64,000 nt of DNA, from the NCBI GenBank assembly GCA_963783885.1, contig CAWAPJ010000025.1:1-64000 (forward strand). The letters are read 5' to 3'. Positions within the stretch are counted from its first letter, which is position 1, and every line of letters starts with the position of its first letter. The position numbers and the translations under genes were made by a program. The DNA comes from Waddliaceae bacterium. Its GTDB lineage: Bacteria; Chlamydiota; Chlamydiia; Chlamydiales; SLFE01. Below are positions 7,840 through 16,546 of this stretch, one piece after another. The notes beneath the pieces were generated by a model that made no database searches, was not told the origin of the DNA, and saw only the letters and a program-made list of their open reading frames with translations.

Positions 7840-9531
7840 ATGGGATCTGTGATTTGCGTTTTAAAAGACGATGTCATCAATAAGATTGCCGCCGGAGAAG
7901 TGGTCGAGAATCCCGCATCGGTTGTGAAAGAGCTTGTCGAAAACTCCCTTGATGCCGGGGCAACCGACATCTCTGTCGAAATCAAGGGGGGCGGCCGCCA
8001 ATTGATTCGCGTGACTGACAATGGCGTTGGCATGAGTCCAGACGATGCGCTCCTTTCGGTCAAGAGGCACGCGACGTCGAAAATTGCCAATATCGATGAC
8101 TTAAATCAATTGAATACCATGGGGTTTCGGGGGGAGGCGATAGCTTCGATCGCCTCCATTTCCAAGCTCACGCTGATTACAGGCCAAGGCGGAGGTTCGG
8201 GAACCCTTGTCTTTGTCGACGGAGGCAAAGTTGTCAAGCACGCTCCTGTCGCCGCTTCACAAGGGACGGTTATTGAGGTCAAGTCCCTGTTTTTTAATGT
8301 TCCCGTGCGCAAAAAATTTCAGAAATCCCCCGCCAGAGACAGTGCGGAGATATTTAAAATCGTCAGTATGATGGCGCTCGGCAATCCGGGGGTGAAATTT
8401 CAGCTTATCCGTGACGGGGAGACAGCTCTCGAGGCTTCTGTCTCGGCAGGATCATTTGACAAGCAGCTTCAGGAAAGGATCTCTTCTGTGCTGAGCCGGG
8501 ATTTTTTGACATCTTGCCTCCCCCTGAAAAGTGAAAACATTGAGGGATTTGTCGGCAGCCCTTCGACAACCCGGCACAACCGTTTGGGACAATACCTGTT
8601 TATCAACAGGCGCTGTGTTATATCCCCTCAGATTTCCCGGGCTGTCAGGGAAGGGTATGGAACGACCATTGCTCCTCAGAGATATCCGGTTTTTGTCCTC
8701 CACATGACCATGCCCGGCTTTGATGTCGATGTCAATGTTCACCCCCAGAAAAGGGAAGTGAGACTGCGGGATGAAGAATCAGTGGTTGGTTTAGTTAGGG
8801 AAGCTGTCAGCCAAGCTCTTAGAAAAAAAGAGGCGAAAATGGTCAGCGTCTCACCAAGGTTCACTTCTTATACCCCCAATTTTGAACCGGTTTCCAAAGT
8901 TGAAGAAACCGTTAGCGCTTACTCCGTACCTCTAGAGGTGAGTCATCCAGAATTCGATTTTGCCGAGACTGCCGGGGAAACAGAACATCTGCGTGTGATT
9001 TACACGCTCCCGGGGTATATTCTTGTAGAAAAAGGAGGAGAACTCCTCATCATCGACCAGAGGCGCGCACATCACCGCGTCCTGTTTGACAAGCTGACCG
9101 AGACGAAAGGATGCCCCTCGGAAAGGCTCTTAATTCCCCAGAATATCGAGTTGACAAAGATTGAAACGGAGACTTTGAGGGAGAGTCTTTCCCTGCTCAA
9201 GTCGCTGGGTTTTGAAATCAGGGAGTTCGGGCCTCAAGTTTTTGTTATCGATTCTATTCCTCCGAGCTTTTCAAATAAGGATATTCCGAGTATGATCAGA
9301 GAATCCCTTGAGGATTTACGGGAGTTTCCAGCGCTCTCTGTTGCTCAAAAGGCTGCGCTGGCGGCAAAAATTTCCCTAAAAGGAGCTGTTTCAAGCCGCG
9401 CACGTTTGGGACAAGTCGAGGCGGAAATGCTCGTAAAGGATTTGTGGAAGACGACCTCGCCGGATCAAAGTCCCAAGGGGAAGAACATTTGGACGGCGGC
9501 CACACCCGAGGCAATCGGCGGATTATTGTGA
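7840..9531 (+). CDS. mutL: DNA mismatch repair endonuclease MutL
   Basis: IAAGEVVENPASVVKELVENSLDAGA, GFRGEA and DVNVHPQKREV motifs, plus a C-terminal DQRRAHHR endonuclease-like motif. Confidence 0.95.
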   Translation: MGSVICVLKDDVINKIAAGEVVENPASVVKELVENSLDAGATDISVEIKGGGRQLIRVTDNGVGMSPDDALLSVKRHATSKIANIDDLNQLNTMGFRGEAIASIASISKLTLITGQGGGSGTLVFVDGGKVVKHAPVAASQGTVIEVKSLFFNVPVRKKFQKSPARDSAEIFKIVSMMALGNPGVKFQLIRDGETALEASVSAGSFDKQLQERISSVLSRDFLTSCLPLKSENIEGFVGSPSTTRHNRLGQYLFINRRCVISPQISRAVREGYGTTIAPQRYPVFVLHMTMPGFDVDVNVHPQKREVRLRDEESVVGLVREAVSQALRKKEAKMVSVSPRFTSYTPNFEPVSKVEETVSAYSVPLEVSHPEFDFAETAGETEHLRVIYTLPGYILVEKGGELLIIDQRRAHHRVLFDKLTETKGCPSERLLIPQNIELTKIETETLRESLSLLKSLGFEIREFGPQVFVIDSIPPSFSNKDIPSMIRESLEDLREFPALSVAQKAALAAKISLKGAVSSRARLGQVEAEMLVKDLWKTTSPDQSPKGKNIWTAATPEAIGGLL

Positions 9532-9538
9532 GGAAAGT

Positions 9539-10648
9539 ATGGATTATCAGAAACGGCTTTATGCTTTAGGTGAAATCCTCGAGGAAGACTCCATCGACGG
9601 CATTCTGATTGAAGAGCCTATCGACATTTATTATCTCACCGGCATCGAGCTGTCGACAGGCCGGTTGATTGTACACAGCCGAGGAGCTCATTTGGTTGTT
9701 GACGGCCGCTATTTCGAGGCCTGTTCCGAGGTGAATTTTCTCAATGTCGTTCTTTGGGATCCCGATGTCCTCTACGATTTGCTTCTCGATGATTTATCCC
9801 ACATCAAAAGCTTTGCTTTTGTCAGCGAAAAAACTTCTTATCAGCGCTACACTGATCTCAAGAAAATTGTCGACAGAGTCTTGCAAGAATCCCTTAAGCG
9901 GGAACTTGAGCTGATGCCTTGCGATGATTTTGTCCTTCAGCTTCGCAGTGTGAAGAATCCCGAAGAGATGGATCGTCTGGCCGAAGTCGCCGAGCTTGGA
10001 TCGAAAGGTTTTGATTTCATTTGTGAATACCTTAAGGAAGGCGTTACCGAGCTGGATGTGGTCAGGGAGCTGGACATTTTTTGGAAGAATCACAATGCCA
10101 AGGCCTTTGCCTTTGATCCCATTATCGCCTTTGGTCCCGGAAGTTCCATGCCCCATTATCATCCGACAAATCGAAAACTCGAAAAGGGGATGCCTGTTTT
10201 AATCGATATCGGAGTGACGCTCAATCATTATCATTCGGATATGACCCGCGTTGTTTTCTTCGGGGAGCCCGATCCTAAAATGAAAGAGATCTATGAGATT
10301 GTCAAAGGAGCTCAGGAAGCAGCTCTTAGGATATGCAAACCGGGAACCCGGGCAGGCGATCTTGATATGGAAGCGCGCATTTGGATTACCGACCGAGGTT
10401 ACGGAGAAAATTTTAGTCACGGCCTAGGGCACGGCATCGGACTTGAGGTGCATGAGCTTCCTGTGATCCGCAGCGCTTCCCAATACGGCGCTGTCGTTTT
10501 GCAGCCGGGAATGGCAATTACGGTCGAACCCGGCATTTATCTTCCTAAGTTAGGAGGCGTTCGTATCGAAGACACCATAATCATCACCGAAGAGGGCCAC
10601 CGCAACCTCACTAACCGCCCCAAAGAATTCAAAGTGCTCACACCATAA
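9539..10648 (+). CDS. pepP: Xaa-Pro aminopeptidase (M24 family)
   Basis: YHSDMTR, HGLGHGIGLEVHE and TVEPGIY...GGVRIED motifs. Confidence 0.9.
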   Translation: MDYQKRLYALGEILEEDSIDGILIEEPIDIYYLTGIELSTGRLIVHSRGAHLVVDGRYFEACSEVNFLNVVLWDPDVLYDLLLDDLSHIKSFAFVSEKTSYQRYTDLKKIVDRVLQESLKRELELMPCDDFVLQLRSVKNPEEMDRLAEVAELGSKGFDFICEYLKEGVTELDVVRELDIFWKNHNAKAFAFDPIIAFGPGSSMPHYHPTNRKLEKGMPVLIDIGVTLNHYHSDMTRVVFFGEPDPKMKEIYEIVKGAQEAALRICKPGTRAGDLDMEARIWITDRGYGENFSHGLGHGIGLEVHELPVIRSASQYGAVVLQPGMAITVEPGIYLPKLGGVRIEDTIIITEEGHRNLTNRPKEFKVLTP

Positions 10649-10649
10649 A

Positions 10650-11951
10650 CTAAAATTTACGCCGCCCAATGTCATTAAACTTGAGGGTTTTTAAAGCGTC
10701 CCACAATTCTTTGTTTTTCCATTCCACCTTGTAAATACCATTGGTGTAAGTCAAGATCAAAAGATCTTTTACTTCCGTAAGTTTTTTCCGGGGTCCCGGG
10801 TAAGTGATTTTTTGGAGTGTCACCTTTCTGGGTTTGTTCTGTTCCACCACGAAAAAAAGAGAGTCGGGATTTTTGCAACGAAAGCCAAAAAATAGACTTT
10901 TTGCGCTTTTCAGGAAAGTTTTGTCTTCAAAGTGGGAATGGGTGATCAAATCAGGAGTATCTGCATCGATAGATTTACAGGACTGCTGTGAATATTTCTT
11001 TTGAATTTTGTCCCAGAGGGATTCAACGATGGAGGGGGACGCCATCTGTCTGACGATACCGTCTGCCCAAAGGTAAAGAGGTTTTTTTTCCGATTTAGCG
11101 GCCATAATTTTGAGCACTGCTGGCCCTTGACCAAGAATTTTCCATCTATTATTGACTTGTTGCACATTGGCAAGATCACCTGGAGAAAGAAAGGAAAAGA
11201 TATGGACCATGATTTCATTTGGTATCTTTGCCTCAAGGGGATAAGACAAAGTGACTTTGTAACTTATAGAGGAGAAAGTCAAATGGCTTTTCCCTGTTGT
11301 GATAAGAGTTAACAGATCCTTCCAGTTTTTTTCCTGATGTAAATAAATGTTCTCATGTTCAAATTTTGTCGTTAAAAAGAGATTATTATAACGAGATGAA
11401 TCTTTAGAAAGAGTAATGCTTTGTTGCCAATGGGGACTTCCAATTTTGTTCTCAAAGAGAACATACAAGGCTCTCTTAAGGAATTCATCACCATATGCCC
11501 AAAGGCCAATTGCAGGTCTATCCTTATAGGTCCCGAATAAAAAAGTCTTGTGTGAAAAATCCATATCCCAAGGATATTGGAAGGGAGTTGTATTCATCCT
11601 AAAGTTGTCGGGATGGCAGAGTTTGATCAGTTTTTGCAAAATTTTGATCGCTTTGCCATTGATTACTTCATTAATATCTGCCTGACTATCGTCTCGAGTC
11701 AATTGGAGAATATGGTTCACTACTTTTTTAATTGTGGGCAATTTTCTCCAGTCTTCTCGGGAAAAGTCGGAAATATCAAAGGCTGATTGGCCTAGGCCTT
11801 TATTTCTTAAGAGGAGGCGCCAATTCTTGCTCACAAGGTCGAGCGGCACAAGATCTAAAGGGTCGAAATTGGAGAAAATATGGAAAAGCGTTTTGGTCGG
11901 CAGTGGAAAGGAAAATATTTTTTTGGGATTAAATACGGAATTAACAGTCAT
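10650..11951 (-). CDS. F-box protein with two F-box motifs (candidate effector)
   Basis: LPTKTLFHIFSNFDPLDLVPLDLVSKNWRLL near the N-terminus and IPNEIMVHIFSFLSPGDLANVQQVNNRWKIL mid-protein. Confidence 0.75.
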   Translation of the reverse strand: MTVNSVFNPKKIFSFPLPTKTLFHIFSNFDPLDLVPLDLVSKNWRLLLRNKGLGQSAFDISDFSREDWRKLPTIKKVVNHILQLTRDDSQADINEVINGKAIKILQKLIKLCHPDNFRMNTTPFQYPWDMDFSHKTFLFGTYKDRPAIGLWAYGDEFLKRALYVLFENKIGSPHWQQSITLSKDSSRYNNLFLTTKFEHENIYLHQEKNWKDLLTLITTGKSHLTFSSISYKVTLSYPLEAKIPNEIMVHIFSFLSPGDLANVQQVNNRWKILGQGPAVLKIMAAKSEKKPLYLWADGIVRQMASPSIVESLWDKIQKKYSQQSCKSIDADTPDLITHSHFEDKTFLKSAKSLFFGFRCKNPDSLFFVVEQNKPRKVTLQKITYPGPRKKLTEVKDLLILTYTNGIYKVEWKNKELWDALKTLKFNDIGRRKF

Positions 11952-11964
11952 AATTTTTGAAAAG

Positions 11965-12657
11965 TTATATCAAAAAATACTCTTTATTATCAACGATAAC
12001 GACCGGAAGATCGGAGAGTCTGATGTTTCCTTTGCTGAGCATTTCCAGGGCAGCAGGAAAAAGAGTATGCTCAAATTTTATTTTAAGTTTTTCATGGATT
12101 TCCTCATGAGAAAGTCCGGGAAAGTGAGAAAGATGGAGGGGGGCAGAAATTGCAATCGGGGCGCCGCAGTCGACATTTCTATCGACAATATGAACAGTGC
12201 TGGCAACCGTTTTTTCTCCATTCTCGATAGCCAATTGCACCGCATTGATTCCTTTGTAACGAGGTATGCCCTGATTGTCCTTGATGGTCAGGTCAGCGGG
12301 ATGGATGTTGAGGCCGGGGAATTTTTCAACGAAAAATACTGGAGATATTTTCATAAAGCCGCTGTAGATGAGCGCGTCGATTTTGAGCTTTTCTAAATAG
12401 GCGGCAATCTCCTCAAAACGCTTTTGTCGGTTTTCCTTTCCTTTGTACGCCCCGGGGAAACACTTCCAAAGCAGTCCGAACTCTGCTGCCAGAGTTTCGG
12501 CGCTGCTGTTTGGGTTGTCCGTGACGATCGCGGCAAAGTTCAGGTTGAGATACCGCCTTCGGTTTTCCAAAAGGACTCGGGCATTGCTACCTGCTCCCGA
12601 CATCAGAATGGCGAGCTTTGGCTTTTGCTTGAATAAGTTTAACAGTTTTTCCGGCAT
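11965..12657 (-). CDS. purN: PurN-like formyltransferase
   Basis: LAILMSGAGSNAR, SGFMKI, LNIHPADL and STVHIVDRNVDCGAPI motifs. The true start is probably ATG 12657 because the extension to 12765 lies in a MITE. Confidence 0.75.
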   Translation of the reverse strand: MPEKLLNLFKQKPKLAILMSGAGSNARVLLENRRRYLNLNFAAIVTDNPNSSAETLAAEFGLLWKCFPGAYKGKENRQKRFEEIAAYLEKLKIDALIYSGFMKISPVFFVEKFPGLNIHPADLTIKDNQGIPRYKGINAVQLAIENGEKTVASTVHIVDRNVDCGAPIAISAPLHLSHFPGLSHEEIHEKLKIKFEHTLFPAALEMLSKGNIRLSDLPVVIVDNKEYFLI

Positions 12658-12669
12658 GTCGAGGTAAAT

Positions 12670-12776
12670 GTAAGCATTCGGCGATATGCGTTCCCGGATA
12701 ACTTGCAGGGGCTTTGGTCTGCTTTGTTGCCCTGCTTCGACAACCCCTGTAGGGGTTGCCTCCACCGAACACTTAC
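12670..12776 (-). mobile_element. MITE copy A (107 bp, internally deleted relative to copy B)
   Basis: Imperfect TIRs GTAAGCATTCGG / CCGAACACTTAC, flanked by AGGTAAAT (12662-12669) and AGGTAAAC (12777-12784). Homologous to 13600-13758 in inverted orientation. Confidence 0.8.
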
Positions 12777-12808
12777 AGGTAAACTATGCCACTTTATAGG
12801 AAAAAAAG

Positions 12809-13483
12809 CTATAATATGATACCCAGGCCGCATCCTGTGAGAAGAGTTCCCGCGAGCATTTCAACGATTCCGGTCAGGACACGTAAGGGCCGTTTTTGAA
12901 CCTCTCGCTTAATATCCTTGACTTTAACCTGTTTCAAAAGACCCCCTAGTCCGATCCTATTGTTGGAGAGAGGATGTTTTGTTTTGTATGCAGCAGAGCC
13001 ATAATCATAATCATTTTTAAAAATATTTGGAATTTCTTGGTGTCTGTACATAAAACGGACTGTCGGGCAAAAGAAATTGGCCAAACCCCAAAACACTTTT
13101 AGGGTGACTTTGGTGATGACTCTTTGCTTTTTTACTTCGTAGGTTCCAGTCAATACAGCGTGGAGTCGAGGCATAGTCTGCTTGAAGAGCTGACCTGCAA
13201 GTTTGCTGTTGAAGGCTCTTGCTTCACAGTCTTTAAAAACATGAAAGTAGTTTTTGGAATTTTCCACATAACTTTCTTTGATTTTAGATGAACCTTGCCC
13301 TCCTCTTTTTGGATCCGCTCCCTGTCTTAAAATGCTGAAATAGCGCGGAAAGGTGGTGCCATGTCTCAAAGTTTCAAATCCGCACACCTTTCCCGCCCCT
13401 TGAGTCAAATAGGATGAAATGGGGAGAGTCATTAAATGCAATCCCCAGTGAAAATGGTTTCTCTTTACATTATTATGAATCAT
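12809..13483 (-). CDS. Hypothetical protein with HGT motif and C-terminal hydrophobic tail
   Basis: 224-aa ORF filling the space between the two MITEs; LRHGTT...SILRQG segment. Start uncertain. Confidence 0.6.
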   Translation of the reverse strand: MIHNNVKRNHFHWGLHLMTLPISSYLTQGAGKVCGFETLRHGTTFPRYFSILRQGADPKRGGQGSSKIKESYVENSKNYFHVFKDCEARAFNSKLAGQLFKQTMPRLHAVLTGTYEVKKQRVITKVTLKVFWGLANFFCPTVRFMYRHQEIPNIFKNDYDYGSAAYKTKHPLSNNRIGLGGLLKQVKVKDIKREVQKRPLRVLTGIVEMLAGTLLTGCGLGIIL

Positions 13484-13599
13484 GTCCGACTCCTGTAAGT
13501 TGATAGACGATATTAATTAAATATTGTTAGGATTTTATAAATATTTACTTTTAAAAAAAACTTTAATTATGTATAATATTTACGATATAGTGTTAAATA

Positions 13600-13758
13600 G
13601 TAAGTGTTCGGTGATAAATGTTCCTGAGAGCGCATCGCGGGCGAAGGACTGCGAGGCGCCTGATACAGGCAACCTTTCCAAGGGTTGTCGAAGCAGGGCA
13701 ACGAAACAGACCAAAGCCCCCGCAAGTTATCCGGGAACGTAGATTGCCGAATGCTTAC
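13600..13758 (+). mobile_element. MITE copy B (159 bp)
   Basis: TIRs GTAAGTGTTCGGTGAT / ATTGCCGAATGCTTAC, with a perfect 8-bp direct repeat GTTAAATA at 13592-13599 and 13759-13766. Confidence 0.85.
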
Positions 13759-13774
13759 GTTAAATATAGGTAAT

Positions 13775-15529
13775 ATGTTCAATTTGACCCTAAGAAAAAA
13801 GATTTTTTTAAGCTATTTTGTCCTTTTTTCAGTGTTTATGCTGCTGATGATCCCTTTTGCCGACGCCCTAGTGAAGCGGATTATCGTACAGTCAATGGAT
13901 GACCAGGCCACCGAGCTTGTCCAAAAGATCCATAAGGCGCCGAACGAAGAGGCCCTTGTCCGCTATTTGAAGGGGCAGAAGCCATTGATTTTTTTCAGGG
14001 TAGGAATCATCACCAACGAGCACAAGGTTTTATACGATTCGCACACGAAACGCGTACTCGGCCCGGAATTCAACCAGCAGTTCGTCATCCACCATCCCGA
14101 GGTGCAAGAAGCTTTTGAAAAAGGAACGGGATATCATGAGGAATATTCGGATATTCTGGGACAAAAGTTTGCCTACTACGCCAAAGCTTTCGATTTTCAC
14201 GGCAAAACCTTTGTCTTAAGGACCGCTTTTCCCTTTCAGTATGTTGAAAATCTGCTCGATGACTTTCAGGCCGGATTTTTAATGCTGGCCTTTTTGGGAT
14301 TGCTTCTCTTTTCCCTTCTGACATGGTATGCCATTCATCGGCTGACAAGGCCGATTGAACAGATCATCAGCGCCATCAAGCCTTATGAACAGGGACTGAC
14401 CGCGACCATTCCTGAAATTGTGATCCACACGACAAATCCCAAAGATGAGTTTGGCCGGCTGGCTCATACTTTGAATTCACTTTCAACGAGGATCCAGCGG
14501 CATATTGCCCGCCTGGTTGAGGAAAAGAATGAAAAAGGGGCGATTCTTGAGTCTCTTGTCGAAGGGGTTGTGGCAGTCGATAATGATTTGAACGTGACAT
14601 ATGTGAACCATATGGCTTTAGATCTTTTGGGCTTGGAACGGGATAAGCTTATGGGAGCGAATCTGAAAATTGCCGATCAGCCGGTGTGCGATGAGCTTCT
14701 TTTGGAATGTCAGACAGATGAAGAACCTAAGGTTCACTCGGTGCAGCTCGGAGAAGGAGCCAATGCCCGTTTCTTAGACCTTATTGCCGTGCCGATCAAA
14801 GACAAGCATGGCATGGTTCTAGTCCTTCAGGATAAAACGACTTACCATAAAATGATGCAAATGAGAAAAGATTTTGTTGCCAACGCTTCGCACGAACTTA
14901 AAACCCCTATTACAATCATTATGGGCTTTGCGGAAACTTTGCACGATATGCCCGGTATGCCTGTGGAAAAACTCAAGGACATCACCGGTAAAATCGTGAA
15001 AAATGCCGATAGGATGAACAACGTGATACAAGATCTTTTGATTCTCTCAGATATCGAGAATCTCCCGACGTCAAGGCTGGGAGAGGTCAATATGTATGAT
15101 CTGGTGATGAATTGCCGCGAAACTCTTCTAACAGTTTTTAAAGACGCAACTGTCGATGTTGTTAATAAGTTTGAGGAAGGGCCGTTTATCGTCTGCGACC
15201 AGTATCTTATGGAGCTGGCTCTCAACAACCTTCTCAATAACGCGGCGAAGTACTCCGATGGTCCAGCGGAAATTACTGTGACTCTCGGCCGGAAAGGGGG
15301 CTATTTCACGCTGTCTGTCTCAGATAAGGGGATCGGGATTCCCGAATCCGATATCGAATTTTTATTCCAGAGATTCTACACAGTGGATAAAGCCCATTCA
15401 CGTAAAATGGGGGGATCGGGTCTCGGTCTTTCTATCGTCAAAACCATTATCGAAAAACATTTCGGTATGATCTCCGTGAAGTCGAAAGTGGGTGAAGGAA
15501 CGACTTTCACGTTTAAGTTGCCAGAATGA
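13775..15529 (+). CDS. PhoR-like sensor histidine kinase (TM-HAMP-PAS-HisKA-HATPase)
   Basis: DFVANASHELKTP H-box, NLLNNAAKYS, DKGIGI and FYTVDKAHSRKMGGSGLGLSIVK motifs. Start ATG 13775 lies just after the MITE. Confidence 0.9.
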   Translation: MFNLTLRKKIFLSYFVLFSVFMLLMIPFADALVKRIIVQSMDDQATELVQKIHKAPNEEALVRYLKGQKPLIFFRVGIITNEHKVLYDSHTKRVLGPEFNQQFVIHHPEVQEAFEKGTGYHEEYSDILGQKFAYYAKAFDFHGKTFVLRTAFPFQYVENLLDDFQAGFLMLAFLGLLLFSLLTWYAIHRLTRPIEQIISAIKPYEQGLTATIPEIVIHTTNPKDEFGRLAHTLNSLSTRIQRHIARLVEEKNEKGAILESLVEGVVAVDNDLNVTYVNHMALDLLGLERDKLMGANLKIADQPVCDELLLECQTDEEPKVHSVQLGEGANARFLDLIAVPIKDKHGMVLVLQDKTTYHKMMQMRKDFVANASHELKTPITIIMGFAETLHDMPGMPVEKLKDITGKIVKNADRMNNVIQDLLILSDIENLPTSRLGEVNMYDLVMNCRETLLTVFKDATVDVVNKFEEGPFIVCDQYLMELALNNLLNNAAKYSDGPAEITVTLGRKGGYFTLSVSDKGIGIPESDIEFLFQRFYTVDKAHSRKMGGSGLGLSIVKTIIEKHFGMISVKSKVGEGTTFTFKLPE

Positions 15530-15555
15530 TCCCGACTCTGCTATGAAGTTTAAGT

Positions 15556-16545
15556 ATGAGTGTCGATACGAAGGCGATTACCGAATCGGTATCCAAAGCC
15601 GTCCCCAAGTTTCAGGAGGCGGAGCAAGAGGTCCACAAGGTTATAGTGGGCCAGTCCCATCTTGTCAGGAGTATGTTTGTGAGTCTTCTTGCCGACGGGC
15701 ATTTGCTTGTCGAGGGGGTTCCAGGGCTTGCGAAAACCATGGCGGTGAATACCCTCTCCAAAGTCGTCTCGTGCGATTTTAAACGGATTCAGTTTACACC
15801 CGACCTGCTCCCTGCCGATCTGACGGGAACGACGATCTACAATCAGTCTGAAAATAAATTTACCGTCAAAAAAGGCCCTATATTCACTAACATTCTGCTG
15901 GCCGATGAGATCAACCGCGCCCCGCCTAAAGTTCAATCGGCACTTCTCGAAGTGATGCAGGAGCGGCAAGTGACCATAGGGGGTAAAAGGTATGAGACGG
16001 GAAACCCTTTTTTGGTTATGGCCACGCAAAATCCCATTGAACAGGAAGGGACATATATTCTTCCCGAAGCTCAGACCGACCGGTTTATGCTCAAGGTGCT
16101 GATCGACTACCCTTCAAAAGAAGAAGAAAAAGAGATCATGGCCAGGATGGGCAAGATCTCCGGCCTTCCGGTTGCCGGACCTATAATCAATGGCGACGAT
16201 ATTCTTGAAGCGAGGAAGCTGGTTGACAAAATTTACATCGACGACAAAGTTGTGGGCTATATTTTGGACCTGGTTTTTGCGACGCGGAACCCTAAAGAGT
16301 ATGGGATAGACATCGAAGGGCTTTTGCAATTCGGAGCGTCTCCAAGGGCCAGCTTGTCCTTGCAAATTGCCGGCAAGGCAAGCGCCTTTTTGGAAGGCAG
16401 GGGCTACGTCACACCTCAGGATATCAAAAATATCGGGCCCGATATTCTCCGCCACCGCTTAAGGCGTTCCTATGAAGCGGAAGCCGAAGGGATCACTCCG
16501 GATGATATTTTGGAGAGAATTTTTTCCACACTGCAAGTTCCTTGA
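15556..16545 (+). CDS. moxR: MoxR family AAA+ ATPase
   Basis: GVPGLAKT, RIQFTPDLLPADLTG, LADEINRAPPKVQSALLE and ATQNPIEQEGTY motifs. Confidence 0.92.
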   Translation: MSVDTKAITESVSKAVPKFQEAEQEVHKVIVGQSHLVRSMFVSLLADGHLLVEGVPGLAKTMAVNTLSKVVSCDFKRIQFTPDLLPADLTGTTIYNQSENKFTVKKGPIFTNILLADEINRAPPKVQSALLEVMQERQVTIGGKRYETGNPFLVMATQNPIEQEGTYILPEAQTDRFMLKVLIDYPSKEEEKEIMARMGKISGLPVAGPIINGDDILEARKLVDKIYIDDKVVGYILDLVFATRNPKEYGIDIEGLLQFGASPRASLSLQIAGKASAFLEGRGYVTPQDIKNIGPDILRHRLRRSYEAEAEGITPDDILERIFSTLQVP

Positions 16546-16546
16546 G

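Noticed and set aside
11734-12396. 220-aa plus-strand ORF
   Set aside because: Antisense to the F-box and purN-like genes, with no recognisable features.
12658-12765. N-terminal extensions of the PurN-like ORF, and of the kinase ORF (13685-13774)
   Set aside because: They are translations of MITE sequence; downstream ATGs give normal-length proteins.
13600-13758. 6S RNA, TPP riboswitch or hammerhead interpretation of the structured element
   Set aside because: CTGAGA and CCTGAT words and a closing stem are present, but the full consensus is not. The 8-bp target duplications and second copy favour a MITE. An Rfam scan would settle it.
12670-13758. Composite transposon formed by the two MITEs around the 12809-13483 gene
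   Set aside because: Each copy has its own distinct flanking duplication, and the outer flanks do not form a shared duplication.
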